From Thermodesulfobacteriota bacterium (GTDB lineage Bacteria; Desulfobacterota_D; UBA1144; Nemesobacterales; Mycalebacteriaceae): a DNA stretch of 64,000 nucleotides. The stretch spans positions 1,216,001 to 1,280,000 of the forward strand of contig OZ242184.1 of NCBI GenBank assembly GCA_965205855.1, given 5' to 3'. The translations under genes were made by a program, and so were the position numbers. Shown here in pieces: positions 1 through 9,447 of the stretch. How positions within the stretch are numbered: the stretch's first letter is position 1; each line of letters starts with the position of its first letter. The notes beneath the pieces were generated by a model. The model had not been told where the DNA came from, searched no databases, and saw only the letters and a list, made by a program, of their open reading frames with translations.

Positions 1-276
1 GCCTACTGCATCGCGCGGGCGTTTATGGACGAAATGGAGATTTTTAAACTCGCCGTCCACCCGTTTCACAGAAGAAAAGGGATGGCGCTGACACTTTTAC
101 GGGACGCTATGCGGGACTTGGGACGCGGTAGCATAACGCTTGAAGTCGCGGCAGACAACAAGGAGGCGATACTGCTTTACTCCAAAACCGGATTCAAGAC
201 GCTCGGACTGCGCGAAAAATATTACAGTAACAGCGGACGCGACGCCCTGATTATGCGCGCCGTGATCGGCGAATGA
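1..276 (+). CDS. rimI: Ribosomal-protein-alanine N-acetyltransferase (GNAT), 5' truncated by window edge
   Basis: LAVHP..RRKG, LEV...N..AI.LY...GF...G.R..YY....DA..M motifs; frame open from base 1. Confidence 0.85.
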   Translation, partial: AYCIARAFMDEMEIFKLAVHPFHRRKGMALTLLRDAMRDLGRGSITLEVAADNKEAILLYSKTGFKTLGLREKYYSNSGRDALIMRAVIGE

Positions 277-284
277 AGCCCTTT

Positions 285-1280
285 TCAGTGTTTTCTTTCG
301 GCCGCGAAATCCGCAAGCTCAAGCAGAGACCGCTTGTAATCCCCATTCGGAAAAGAAGAGATTGATTTTTTCGCCTTGTAAACATACGACTTCGCGGCTT
401 TGAATGTGTCTTCCGCGCCCCGGTAGTCCGCGACAAACTGTTTTACAAGCCCCGTCTCCGCCGTTTCGTCCGTGCCGTTTTTCCCGAACGCGCGCAGACG
501 TTTTTCAAAATCCGCCCTCACCTTCGGAGGAGCGTTTGAGATGGATTTGAGAAGCGGAATTGTCATCTTCGCTCCCTCTATATCTATGCCCGAATCCTTT
601 CCCGTCATTACGGTTGAGGAGCAATAGTCAAGCGCGTCATCGGCAAGCTGAAACGCTATTCCGAGGTTGAGCCCGTAGCCGCCAAGCGCTTCGGTTCTGC
701 CGTTTTCCTCTCCGGCAAGAACCCCGCCCATCACCGCACAACACTCTATAAGCGATGCGGTCTTTTCCCTGATTATGCGCATACAGGTGTTTTCATCCAT
801 ATCCATCATCTTCTTCTTTCCCATAATCTCCATCATCTCGCCCTCTATGACCCTGCGCGCGGCGGCGGTATAGATTCTGGCAAGGGATATGTTTCCGCAT
901 GACAGGATGAGGTCAAGCGCGCGTATGAGAAAAACATCGCCCGTGATAACCGAGCACTGATTCCCCCAGATGCCGTTGGAAGACTGCGCACCCCTTCTCA
1001 TTGAGGCGTTGTCCACAACATCGTCGTGCAAAAGCGAGGCGACATGCGTAAGCTCCAGCGCAGCGGCGCAGGCGATTCTGTTCTTGCCCTCCTCAAGCCC
1101 GCACAACCCGCTTGAAAGCAGAAGCACGGAAGGACGCAGGCGTTTTCCGCCTCCGCCAACTATGTGGGACGATATCTTATGCACAAGGTCAATCGAGGAT
1201 TGGCAATTCTTTTCCAATTCCTTTTCAACAAGGCACATATCTTCAATTATAATTTTGGCTGTTGCAGCTCCGTTTTGCAT
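285..1280 (-). CDS. Polyprenyl diphosphate synthase (IspB-like)
   Basis: GGKRLRP, SLLHDDVVD...RRG, KTA, FQLADD motifs. Confidence 0.92.
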   Translation of the reverse strand: MQNGAATAKIIIEDMCLVEKELEKNCQSSIDLVHKISSHIVGGGGKRLRPSVLLLSSGLCGLEEGKNRIACAAALELTHVASLLHDDVVDNASMRRGAQSSNGIWGNQCSVITGDVFLIRALDLILSCGNISLARIYTAAARRVIEGEMMEIMGKKKMMDMDENTCMRIIREKTASLIECCAVMGGVLAGEENGRTEALGGYGLNLGIAFQLADDALDYCSSTVMTGKDSGIDIEGAKMTIPLLKSISNAPPKVRADFEKRLRAFGKNGTDETAETGLVKQFVADYRGAEDTFKAAKSYVYKAKKSISSFPNGDYKRSLLELADFAAERKH

Positions 1281-1362
1281 TAAGTTCTAATTATCTTCAT
1301 AAAAAACTTTCAAGTCAAAACGGCTATAATAAGGGGAATTGACAATTTACTGTTGATGTAAC

Positions 1363-1839
1363 ATGGATGGAAATTTGAGTTGGATTGACATATTTATCTG
1401 TGTATGTGTGGCCGTTTCATTTTTCGCGGGCATTTTCGGGCGGGGCATTCTTCACATATCCTTCTACCTTGCCGCCGCGGCTGTAGCGGCGGGAGCCGGC
1501 TATATCTTCGCGGCGGAGGCGGCGGAGGCACTTGGAAGTGGCAGGCTGACCGCCGGGGCGGCGGTGTTCGCCTCGGTGTTCCTTCTGCTCGTCTCGGCTT
1601 TTTCCTTGCCAAGCAAACTCCCGGGTGCGCAAGCCGCGATGAGAATCACGGACGGGATTGTGAGCGCGGCGGTGGTAGGCTCGGTGGCGGTGTTCGCAGC
1701 CGGAGCCGCGCGGGATTTGCCGTCTTACGAAAGATGGGTGGAAAACTCGGTTGTCTATCCGCGCGCAGCGGAATTTTACCGGCTCGGAGCGGAGAAAGCC
1801 GAAAAACATCTGAGGAAGAAAAACCCTCTGAAGTATTGA
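1363..1839 (+). CDS. CvpA (colicin V production)-like membrane protein
   Basis: N-terminal WIDI, four hydrophobic segments, C-terminal ENS..Y; 158 aa. Confidence 0.55.
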   Translation: MDGNLSWIDIFICVCVAVSFFAGIFGRGILHISFYLAAAAVAAGAGYIFAAEAAEALGSGRLTAGAAVFASVFLLLVSAFSLPSKLPGAQAAMRITDGIVSAAVVGSVAVFAAGAARDLPSYERWVENSVVYPRAAEFYRLGAEKAEKHLRKKNPLKY

Positions 1840-1845
1840 GACACC

Positions 1846-2856
1846 ATGCAGCACATAACAACACTGAACAAACATGTAATTTCATCATTCGGCTCAGAAG
1901 AGTTTCACGGCGGGGTTTTCACAATTCTCAGGGAGATGGTCTTTGTCGCCAAGCTCATGCACAGGGAGATAAACAAAGCCGGAATCGTGGAAGGCATACG
2001 CGGCGGAACCGGCGGGAGAAATTTCCACGGGGACGTCACGCAAAAGCTGGATTTATTCGCCAATGAAAGACTCATATCCACCCTTGAAATGGGAGGAGAG
2101 TGCTGCGGAATAGTGTCGGAGGAAAACAGTGAAATCGTCCGTCTGCGCGGCGAGAATTCCGAACGGGCGGAGTATGTCCTCGCGATTGACCCTCTGGACG
2201 GCTCTTCCAACATAGATGTCAATGTGTCTGTGGGAATCATATTCTCCATTTACAAACGCAAATCCCCGTCTCCGGGACCGTGCTCGGAGGAGGATTTTCT
2301 GCGCGCGGGAAATGAGCAGGCGGCGGCGGGATACATAATTTTCGGCTCGTCAACGATGCTTGTGTTCACGGTCGGCAAGGGAGTGGACGGGTTTACGCTT
2401 GACCCGTCCATAGGAGAGTTCTGCCTTTCGCATCCGCAAATCACAATACCGGAGTCGTGCACCTTCTACTCCGTCAACCAGGGGCTTTTCTCGGAGTTTC
2501 CCCAGTGGACAAAACAGTTTATTGAATACTGTTCGACAAACGACCCAGCAACCTCAAGGCCCTATTCGTGCCGCTACACCGGCTCAATGGTCGCCGATGT
2601 TCACAGGAATATGCTCAAGGGCGGAGTTTTTATGTATCCCTCCACGGGCAAATATCCGGATGGCAAACTCCGCCTTCTCTACGAATGCAACCCGCTGTCA
2701 TTCATAGTGGAACAGGCGGGCGGGAAAGCGACAAACGGGGCGCGACGCATACTGGACATTAAAGCATCCTCGATACACCAGAGAACCCCGATATTCGCGG
2801 GTTCAAAAGACGCCGTCTCGGTGATTGAAAAATACCGTGCGGAAAACAAGTCGTAA
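1846..2856 (+). CDS. fbp: Fructose-1,6-bisphosphatase class 1
   Basis: QKLD, SEE, DPLDGSSNIDVN.SVG.IF, RY.GSMVADVHR, GKLRLLYE.NP. Confidence 0.97.
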   Translation: MQHITTLNKHVISSFGSEEFHGGVFTILREMVFVAKLMHREINKAGIVEGIRGGTGGRNFHGDVTQKLDLFANERLISTLEMGGECCGIVSEENSEIVRLRGENSERAEYVLAIDPLDGSSNIDVNVSVGIIFSIYKRKSPSPGPCSEEDFLRAGNEQAAAGYIIFGSSTMLVFTVGKGVDGFTLDPSIGEFCLSHPQITIPESCTFYSVNQGLFSEFPQWTKQFIEYCSTNDPATSRPYSCRYTGSMVADVHRNMLKGGVFMYPSTGKYPDGKLRLLYECNPLSFIVEQAGGKATNGARRILDIKASSIHQRTPIFAGSKDAVSVIEKYRAENKS

Positions 2857-2859
2857 GAA

Positions 2860-5286
2860 ATGAGCGGAAAACCGGAAAAACATCCCCACCGCGTGCGGCG
2901 GACTGCGGAAGGTTCGAAGCGCGGCGGACATTCGGTTTCACTCGTAATACCGTGCCATAACGAGGAAGGGCGGCTTTCTGCGGAAAAAACCCTCGCGTGC
3001 CTGAAAGCACTCGGAGACGGGGCGAAAATTATCCTTGTTGATGACGGCTCAACGGACGGTACACGCGAGGTTATAAGGAAAATAGCGGAGAAGTCCCCTT
3101 CTGTAACAACCCTTCTCTTTGACAGAAACGCGGGCAAGGCGCAAGCCGTGCGCGCGGGAATGAAGCTCGCCGCCGAGGGTGGGGTTGAATTTTCTGGATT
3201 TTGCGATGCGGATTTCTCAGCACCTCCCGAAGAAGTCGCGAGGGTATTTCACGCGCTTGCGGAAAAACCGGAAACAAACACCGCGATGGGAACGCGCAAC
3301 TCAGCACAATCGGAAAACATCTCAAGAGGCACTGTGCGCGGAATTCTGAGCCGGGTTTTCGCCCTTCTCTCCTCGTTCGCGCTCAAAAGACGCGTATCGG
3401 ATTCCCAGTGCGGCGCGAAGTTCTTCAGAAACACCCCCGCGCTTGCGGCGGCGCTGGACGAGCCGTTTATATCACGCTGGGGCTTTGATGTCGAGCTACT
3501 TGGCAGAATTGAGTCCCGCACAGATGAGCCGGAGCCCCTTGAGGTTCCACTTAAAAGCTGGAGCGAGCGACCGCCGTCGGGAATGAGTTTTTTCTCAATG
3601 GCGCAAACCCTTGTCGAGATGAGGAACATCAACGGGGATTTGAAAAAAAAGCGGAAAGAAACCGGGAACAGGCGCGGGCTGGCGCTGGAAATCCTTCTCA
3701 CGGTCTTTGTGAGGATGACACCCATATATTTTCTCACCTTTGTTTTCGCGCGGATAATGTTCTGGGAGGGATACTGGATCAACCCGGACGCTTACTACCA
3801 CATGGGAGTTGCGGTTACCTATGCGGAGGAAGGGTGGCTGTCAAGCTTCCCATGGCTCAAATACACGGTGCTCGGAGACAGCTTCTCGAACGTCTATCTC
3901 GGGCAACATTTTCTTCTCGGAATCATCTATTTCCTCACCCCGTCGTCAGACCCGATTGTCATTATCAAAACCGCGATAATCGCGATGGCTTTCCTTCAGA
4001 TGATGTCGTTCTACCTGTTTTTGAGAAAATGGAATTGCGGCTTCGCCTCCATCTGGACTGTGCTCGGAATCGCCGCATCTTCAAATATGCTCTGGCACAC
4101 CATGGCTTTAAAGGGAATAACAGCGTTTTCAATAATGTTTCCGTGGATAGTAGACGCGCTGTGGTCAAACAACGCCCGCAGGGCGTTTACGATTGGCTGG
4201 ATGTCCACCTACATATATGTGGGTTTCATAGTTATGGCTCCGCTCGCGGCCTGCAGGATCGCGGGAGACTGGCTGTTTGAAGGCAGATTCAGGATAAAAA
4301 CGCCACTTATGCTTTTCGCGGGCGTGGCGGTCGGAATGGTTCTGTCCCCGTTCTTCCCCGATCATCTGACGCATATAATCAGGGAACTCAAAACGGTCTT
4401 TGAGCGTCCGGACTTCATCAAACCCGGAGACTTCTTCGGCTCGGAATGGTCTCTGCTCAACCGCGTTCAAATACAGCATTTCCTCGGCGGTCTGTTTCTT
4501 CCGACCGTAGCGGCGGTGTTTTTCTTTATGAGAAAAGACAGGGGCTGCGACGGCGTTACGGGCGCGGCGATTATCACGGTTTTCATCTTCGCTCTCGCTC
4601 CGTTCAAAGCCGGAATAAAATTCGCCCAGCAATTCGTGGTTATCGCGATTCTCATGGTGCCTCTGATATACAGGCGGCTCGCGCCGCTGAGTCTCGCAAT
4701 TCCAAAAACCGGCTTGCGTATCAGGCCGCTTGTTCCTATGGCGTTCGCGTTCATATTTTTCGTCTATTCCCTGCCGTTTCTGAAATCCCACATGGGACAG
4801 CTGCATCAGAAAAAGGAAGATTCCGCCACGCCCTACGATTACAGAACGCTTGCGGAAAACGTCAGGGGACTGACGGGGAAGGGAAAGGTGGTAATCGCCC
4901 CATGGGACGATTTTCCGGGTCTGTTTTATTTCAACAGAGACAACTTCTATGTGTCTGGAATGAACAACCTGTTTCTTTATCACAAAGACCCGCACAGGTT
5001 TACGGTCTATTACAAATTCTTCAAGGGCGGCATACACAATCCGGCAAAATCCATTCCTGTTGTGTTTGACGGCACGGACCTCATGGTTGTGAGAAACTCG
5101 TCGCTTGTAAAAAATGCCGAAAGGGTAGAGGGCGAAAAAAAGCTTTCGGATATTCTTGAAAAAGCGCCGGGAATCGTGAGTATGTCATTGCAAAATGGAA
5201 AACCGGCTCCCGAAAGCGGAGTGGTCGCGCGTCTGTGGAAGATATACAAGATCGTTGGGACGCCGGACGCGGACGGAAAAAAATGA
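2860..5286 (+). CDS. Fusion: GT2 polyprenol-phosphate glycosyltransferase plus multi-TM GT-C-like membrane domain
   Basis: N-terminal VIPCHNE, VDDGSTDGT, GKA.AVR.G, DADFS, DSQCGAK, FDVELL; then NPDAYYH, many TM segments and a soluble tail with APWDDF. Confidence 0.75.
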   Translation: MSGKPEKHPHRVRRTAEGSKRGGHSVSLVIPCHNEEGRLSAEKTLACLKALGDGAKIILVDDGSTDGTREVIRKIAEKSPSVTTLLFDRNAGKAQAVRAGMKLAAEGGVEFSGFCDADFSAPPEEVARVFHALAEKPETNTAMGTRNSAQSENISRGTVRGILSRVFALLSSFALKRRVSDSQCGAKFFRNTPALAAALDEPFISRWGFDVELLGRIESRTDEPEPLEVPLKSWSERPPSGMSFFSMAQTLVEMRNINGDLKKKRKETGNRRGLALEILLTVFVRMTPIYFLTFVFARIMFWEGYWINPDAYYHMGVAVTYAEEGWLSSFPWLKYTVLGDSFSNVYLGQHFLLGIIYFLTPSSDPIVIIKTAIIAMAFLQMMSFYLFLRKWNCGFASIWTVLGIAASSNMLWHTMALKGITAFSIMFPWIVDALWSNNARRAFTIGWMSTYIYVGFIVMAPLAACRIAGDWLFEGRFRIKTPLMLFAGVAVGMVLSPFFPDHLTHIIRELKTVFERPDFIKPGDFFGSEWSLLNRVQIQHFLGGLFLPTVAAVFFFMRKDRGCDGVTGAAIITVFIFALAPFKAGIKFAQQFVVIAILMVPLIYRRLAPLSLAIPKTGLRIRPLVPMAFAFIFFVYSLPFLKSHMGQLHQKKEDSATPYDYRTLAENVRGLTGKGKVVIAPWDDFPGLFYFNRDNFYVSGMNNLFLYHKDPHRFTVYYKFFKGGIHNPAKSIPVVFDGTDLMVVRNSSLVKNAERVEGEKKLSDILEKAPGIVSMSLQNGKPAPESGVVARLWKIYKIVGTPDADGKK

Positions 5287-6167
5287 CACCCGTGGTAATG
5301 GAGACAAACCTATCTGCGATGAAAGCGCCAAATAGGGGAAAAGTCAGGGACATTTACGATTTGGGGAAAACCCTGCTTTTTGTCTCAACCGACAGGATAT
5401 CCGCTTACGACTCCGTTCTGCCTTCCGGCATAAGGGGAAAAGGTGCGGCGCTCAACCGCATATCGGAATTCTGGTTCAAAAAAACGGCGGCGGATTTCCC
5501 GAATCATTTTATCTCGACAGACATATCGGATTATCCTCCGATGCCTCCCGAAAATCTCGAACTGCTGAAATCAAGAAGCATGCTTGTCCGCAAAACCCGC
5601 CCATTGCCGGTTGAATGCGTCGTGCGCGGCCATATCTCCGGCTCCGCGTGGCGGGAATACGAACGCAGCGGAACCGTCTGCGCAATCGCGATGCCCGGCG
5701 GGTTGCGTATGGGAGAAAAACTTCCCGAACCTTTGTTCACGCCGTCAACAAAGGCAGCCGTGGGAGAGCGGGACATGAACATAACCTTCGGCGAGGCGTG
5801 CGGTATCGCGGGAAAGGAAAATATGGAAACGGCGCGCGCGGCAAGCATTGACATATACCACAAGGCGGCGGAGATCGCGCTTTCGCGCGGAATTATAATC
5901 GCCGACACAAAATTTGAGTTCGGCGTTGACCCGGACGGACGGCTGATATTTATAGATGAGATGCTAACCCCGGACTCTTCGCGTTTCTGGAGCGCGGAAC
6001 AATACGCAAGCGGAAAAACGCCGGAAAGTTTCGACAAGCAGTTTGTAAGAGACTACCTTGACTCAATCAAGTGGGACAGAACTCCTCCCGCGCCCGAGCT
6101 GCCTCGAGAAGTTGGGGAGCGGACGAGTGAAAAATACGCGATGATGGAGCGGATTTTTGCGCCTTAG
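5283..6167 (+). CDS. purC: SAICAR synthetase
   Basis: GKVRDIY, TDRISAYD, ECVVRG, TPSTKA, DTKFEFG, TPDSSRFW, SFDKQ; ATG at 5283 overlaps upstream TGA. Confidence 0.97.
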   Translation: MTPVVMETNLSAMKAPNRGKVRDIYDLGKTLLFVSTDRISAYDSVLPSGIRGKGAALNRISEFWFKKTAADFPNHFISTDISDYPPMPPENLELLKSRSMLVRKTRPLPVECVVRGHISGSAWREYERSGTVCAIAMPGGLRMGEKLPEPLFTPSTKAAVGERDMNITFGEACGIAGKENMETARAASIDIYHKAAEIALSRGIIIADTKFEFGVDPDGRLIFIDEMLTPDSSRFWSAEQYASGKTPESFDKQFVRDYLDSIKWDRTPPAPELPREVGERTSEKYAMMERIFAP

Positions 6168-6348
6168 GAAAAAACTGCGTGCGAGCCTCAAATCCCCGTG
6201 CGTGAACATCTGCAAAATTGAGGACAACCTGTGCACGGGCTGCCTGCGGACTCTTGAAGAGATAAGGGCGTGGAAGAACGCCACGGACATTGAAAAACTG
6301 TCAATTCTCGCGTTGACGGAAAAAAGGAAAAAACGTCTTGGCGTCTGA
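6157..6348 (+). CDS. DUF1289-like small Cys-rich protein
   Basis: SPCVNIC...C.GC.RT.EEI..W; overlaps both neighbours as in an operon. Confidence 0.75.
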   Translation: MRLRKKLRASLKSPCVNICKIEDNLCTGCLRTLEEIRAWKNATDIEKLSILALTEKRKKRLGV

Positions 6349-7162
6349 AAAAACCGTCTCCATTCTCGGTTGCGGCTGGTTCGGTTTGCCGCTTGCCCAC
6401 CGTCTTGTCAGGCACGGATTTAAGGTGCTGGGCTCAACAACCGACTCTGGAAAAACCACTTCCATATCGGATGCGGGCGTGCGTCCTTTTGTCATCTCCA
6501 TTGAGCCGGACAAAGAACCCGGTTCCGAGGAATTCTTCGGCTCCGATATTGTGGTGGTCAACTTCCCGCCAAAAAGAAGGGATGACATCGGGGAGTATCT
6601 CGCGGGGCAGACCCGCACGCTCATACGAGCGTTGAGACGCGGCGGATGCGGTTTTGCGATTCTCATAAGCTCAACCTCGGTCTATGCGGAAACCGGGGGG
6701 GTCTTAACCGAAAGCGATTCGGACACGGGAACACCCTCAAAGCCAAGCGGAGATGCGCTAAGGCGTATGGAAAAGGATATGGCAGCGGAGAGTTTTGACC
6801 TTACCGTGCTGAGATTCGCGGGGCTTGTCGGATACGACAGAGACCCGCGCGTGTTTCTGAAAAAAAGACACGCGGCGCCCCGTTCCGACACGCCCGTGAA
6901 TCTGATACACAGGGACGATTGCGTGGAGATAACCGCACTGGTCATTGAGAGAAACATAAGGGGCAAAACCTTCAATGCGGTATCTGATTTTCACCCTTTG
7001 CGAAGCGAGTTCTACAAAACGGAGGCGCAAAAAGCGGGAGTCGCCGCTCCTGTGTTTGAAAAAACGGGCGTGGGAAAGACGGTATCAGGAGAAAAGCTCA
7101 AAAAGGCGCTCGGTTACGAATTCAAAAAACTTCAACCCGGAGATGATTCCTTCTTCTCGTAG
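6338..7162 (+). CDS. NAD-dependent epimerase/SDR (YeeZ-like)
   Basis: ILGCGWFG, ISSTSVY, LRFAGLVG, VNLIHRDD. Confidence 0.85.
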   Translation: MASEKTVSILGCGWFGLPLAHRLVRHGFKVLGSTTDSGKTTSISDAGVRPFVISIEPDKEPGSEEFFGSDIVVVNFPPKRRDDIGEYLAGQTRTLIRALRRGGCGFAILISSTSVYAETGGVLTESDSDTGTPSKPSGDALRRMEKDMAAESFDLTVLRFAGLVGYDRDPRVFLKKRHAAPRSDTPVNLIHRDDCVEITALVIERNIRGKTFNAVSDFHPLRSEFYKTEAQKAGVAAPVFEKTGVGKTVSGEKLKKALGYEFKKLQPGDDSFFS

Positions 7163-8082
7163 ATATCCACTATCTTTTTCACAAGCGGATGGCGTACAAC
7201 GTCTGCGCTTGAAAACTTCAGAAATTTTATTCCCTCAATATCCCCGAACAGCTCCGCCGCCTCTCCGAGACCCGAAACTCTGCCTCCGGGCAGATCGGTC
7301 TGCGTCATATCGCCGGTTATCACGGCTTTTGAATGAAACCCTATGCGCGTGAGAAACATCTTCATCTGCGCCGAAGTTGTATTCTGCGCCTCGTCAAGAA
7401 TCACAAACGCCCCGCCGAGGGTGCGCCCTCTCATATACGCAAGCGGGGCAATCTCAATAATTTTCCTCTCCACCATACGCGCGGCGGCAACTGCGCCGGT
7501 TATCTCGTAAATCGCATCAAAAAACGGACGCAGAAACGGGTCGGATTTCTGCTCCAAATCTCCGGGAAGAAATCCGAGATTTTCCCCGGCTTCAATCATG
7601 GGCCTTGTTATGATGATTCTGCGGACTTTGCCTTCAAGCAAATCGGACAGCGCCATCGCGACCGCGAGATAGGTTTTGCCGGTTCCGGCGGGACCCGTGC
7701 CGAAAACTATCGTGTTGTTCCGTATCGCGTCAATATATTCGCGCTGGCGGGCGCTTTTGGGCAATATCTTCCTGCCCTTCACATTGATTGAAAGCATCGG
7801 GCCAAATACACCTTTGAGTTTTGTGTCCGCGCCTGTTTCAAAATCTTCCGGAGTGAGGGTATGCCCCCCGGCTATGAGCTCGTAAAGACGGCTTGCAAGC
7901 CCCTTCGCCTCTTCCACGGCTTTTGCGGGCCCGCTTATGAGAAGGTCTGTGCCGCGCGAGTTCACGGTTACGCCACACATCTTGCCTATTTTTCCGAGAT
8001 TGCCGTTGAGGTTGCCGAACAGCTGCTTCGCGGCGGCGGTGTTCTCAAAAACAACTTTGTCGGTTATCTGCTCTGTCTTCAT
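7132..8082 (-). CDS. phoH: PhoH-like ATPase (YbeZ)
   Basis: GPAGTGKT, LGFLPGD, APLAYMRGRTL, ILDEAQN, TGD..Q.DL, DVVRHPLV. Confidence 0.95.
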   Translation of the reverse strand: MKTEQITDKVVFENTAAAKQLFGNLNGNLGKIGKMCGVTVNSRGTDLLISGPAKAVEEAKGLASRLYELIAGGHTLTPEDFETGADTKLKGVFGPMLSINVKGRKILPKSARQREYIDAIRNNTIVFGTGPAGTGKTYLAVAMALSDLLEGKVRRIIITRPMIEAGENLGFLPGDLEQKSDPFLRPFFDAIYEITGAVAAARMVERKIIEIAPLAYMRGRTLGGAFVILDEAQNTTSAQMKMFLTRIGFHSKAVITGDMTQTDLPGGRVSGLGEAAELFGDIEGIKFLKFSSADVVRHPLVKKIVDIYEKKESSPG

Positions 8083-8154
8083 TCAAGGAACATCTGGCGG
8101 ACGTTTTCGCCGCCTTTTCGGAAAAATTCTATTCACTCGCGGCGGTGTTGACAA

Positions 8155-9447
8155 CTATGAAAAAAGCCCCGCGCCGGTCAAAATCGCCTGCTCGCGCGAG
8201 GGTCCCACGGAAATCAAACCCGCCTTCGCGCCCGAAAGCTCATCTATTCTTTCGATGAACCCCCGTGCCGCCTCAGGCAAATCGGAAACCTTTCTCACGG
8301 CGCTTATGTCCTCCTCCCACCCGGGCATCTCCTCGTAGACGGGGACGCAGTTTTCAATCTCTTTTATGTCTTCGGGAAAACTGTCGCGCTCGCCATCGTT
8401 ATGGCGGTATGAAACGCACAGTTTAACTTTTTCAAAACCGCTCAGGACATCAAGTTTTGTAAGCGCGAGAAAGGATATTCCGTTGAGGCAGACCGAATGC
8501 CTGAGGGCTACCATGTCCAGCCAGCCGCACCTTCTGCGCCTTCCGGTTGTCGCTCCGAATTCAACGCCGCGCTCCATCATTGCCTCGCCATCCGCGCCCG
8601 TATCCTCAGAAGGAAACGGCCCCTCTCCAACCCTTGTCGCGTATGCCTTCACAACGCCGACGGTGAAATCAAGCATATTCGGACTGACGCCGCAGCCCGC
8701 GCACACTCCGCCCGCGATTGTGCTTGAGGATGTTACAAAAGGGTATGTGCCGAAATCTATGTCAAGCAGAGTTCCCTGCGCGCCTTCAAAAAGTATGCTT
8801 TTTCCGCCTGATGAAAACTCGCGCAGAAACCGCGCCGTGTCGTCCACAAACGGCTTGAGACGCTCTCCGTATGCTACGAACGCGTCAAGTGTTTCCTCCC
8901 TGTCCACGGGCTTCCCGCCGAGCACTTTTGTTATGTAAAGGTTTCTTTCACGGAGCGCCGGGTCGAGACGCCCGGCAAGCGTGTTGCGGTCAAGCAAATC
9001 GAAAACCCGTATCCCCCTTCGCGCGAATTTGTCCTCATAAGCGGGCCCTATACCCCTTTTTGTCGTCCCTATTCTCTCACCGTCCGATTTTTCGCGCAGG
9101 GAATCTATTTCCCTATGATATGGCATTATCACATGGGCACGTCCACTGAGTTTAAGGTTTTCCGGCGACACGGCGCTTCCCAAAGAGTTCAGGGAATCTA
9201 TCTCCTCGAGAAGAATACGCGGGTCAACCACAACTCCGTTGGCTATGACACACACCTTCCCTTTGTGCAGAATACCGGACGGGATATGATGCAGAACAAA
9301 TTTTCCCTCGTCCGTGATTATCGTATGTCCGGCGTTGCTACCGCCCTGGTAACGGACAACGGCATCGGTTTTTCCGGCGATAAGGTCAACAACCCTGCCC
9401 TTGCCTTCATCACCCCATTGAGTTCCCACGACGGCAAAATTGGGCAT
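8155..9447 (-). CDS. purA: Adenylosuccinate synthetase
   Basis: QWGDEGKG, GGSNAGHT, GTTKRGIGPAY, EGAQG.LLD.DFGTYP, TTGRRRRCGW. Confidence 0.98.
   Translation of the reverse strand: MPNFAVVGTQWGDEGKGRVVDLIAGKTDAVVRYQGGSNAGHTIITDEGKFVLHHIPSGILHKGKVCVIANGVVVDPRILLEEIDSLNSLGSAVSPENLKLSGRAHVIMPYHREIDSLREKSDGERIGTTKRGIGPAYEDKFARRGIRVFDLLDRNTLAGRLDPALRERNLYITKVLGGKPVDREETLDAFVAYGERLKPFVDDTARFLREFSSGGKSILFEGAQGTLLDIDFGTYPFVTSSSTIAGGVCAGCGVSPNMLDFTVGVVKAYATRVGEGPFPSEDTGADGEAMMERGVEFGATTGRRRRCGWLDMVALRHSVCLNGISFLALTKLDVLSGFEKVKLCVSYRHNDGERDSFPEDIKEIENCVPVYEEMPGWEEDISAVRKVSDLPEAARGFIERIDELSGAKAGLISVGPSREQAILTGAGLFS

Noticed and set aside
7132-7162. 31-bp convergent overlap of the epimerase and phoH genes
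   Set aside because: Short tail-to-tail overlaps are common in compact genomes; similar ones occur at 34233-34249 and 38820-38823.
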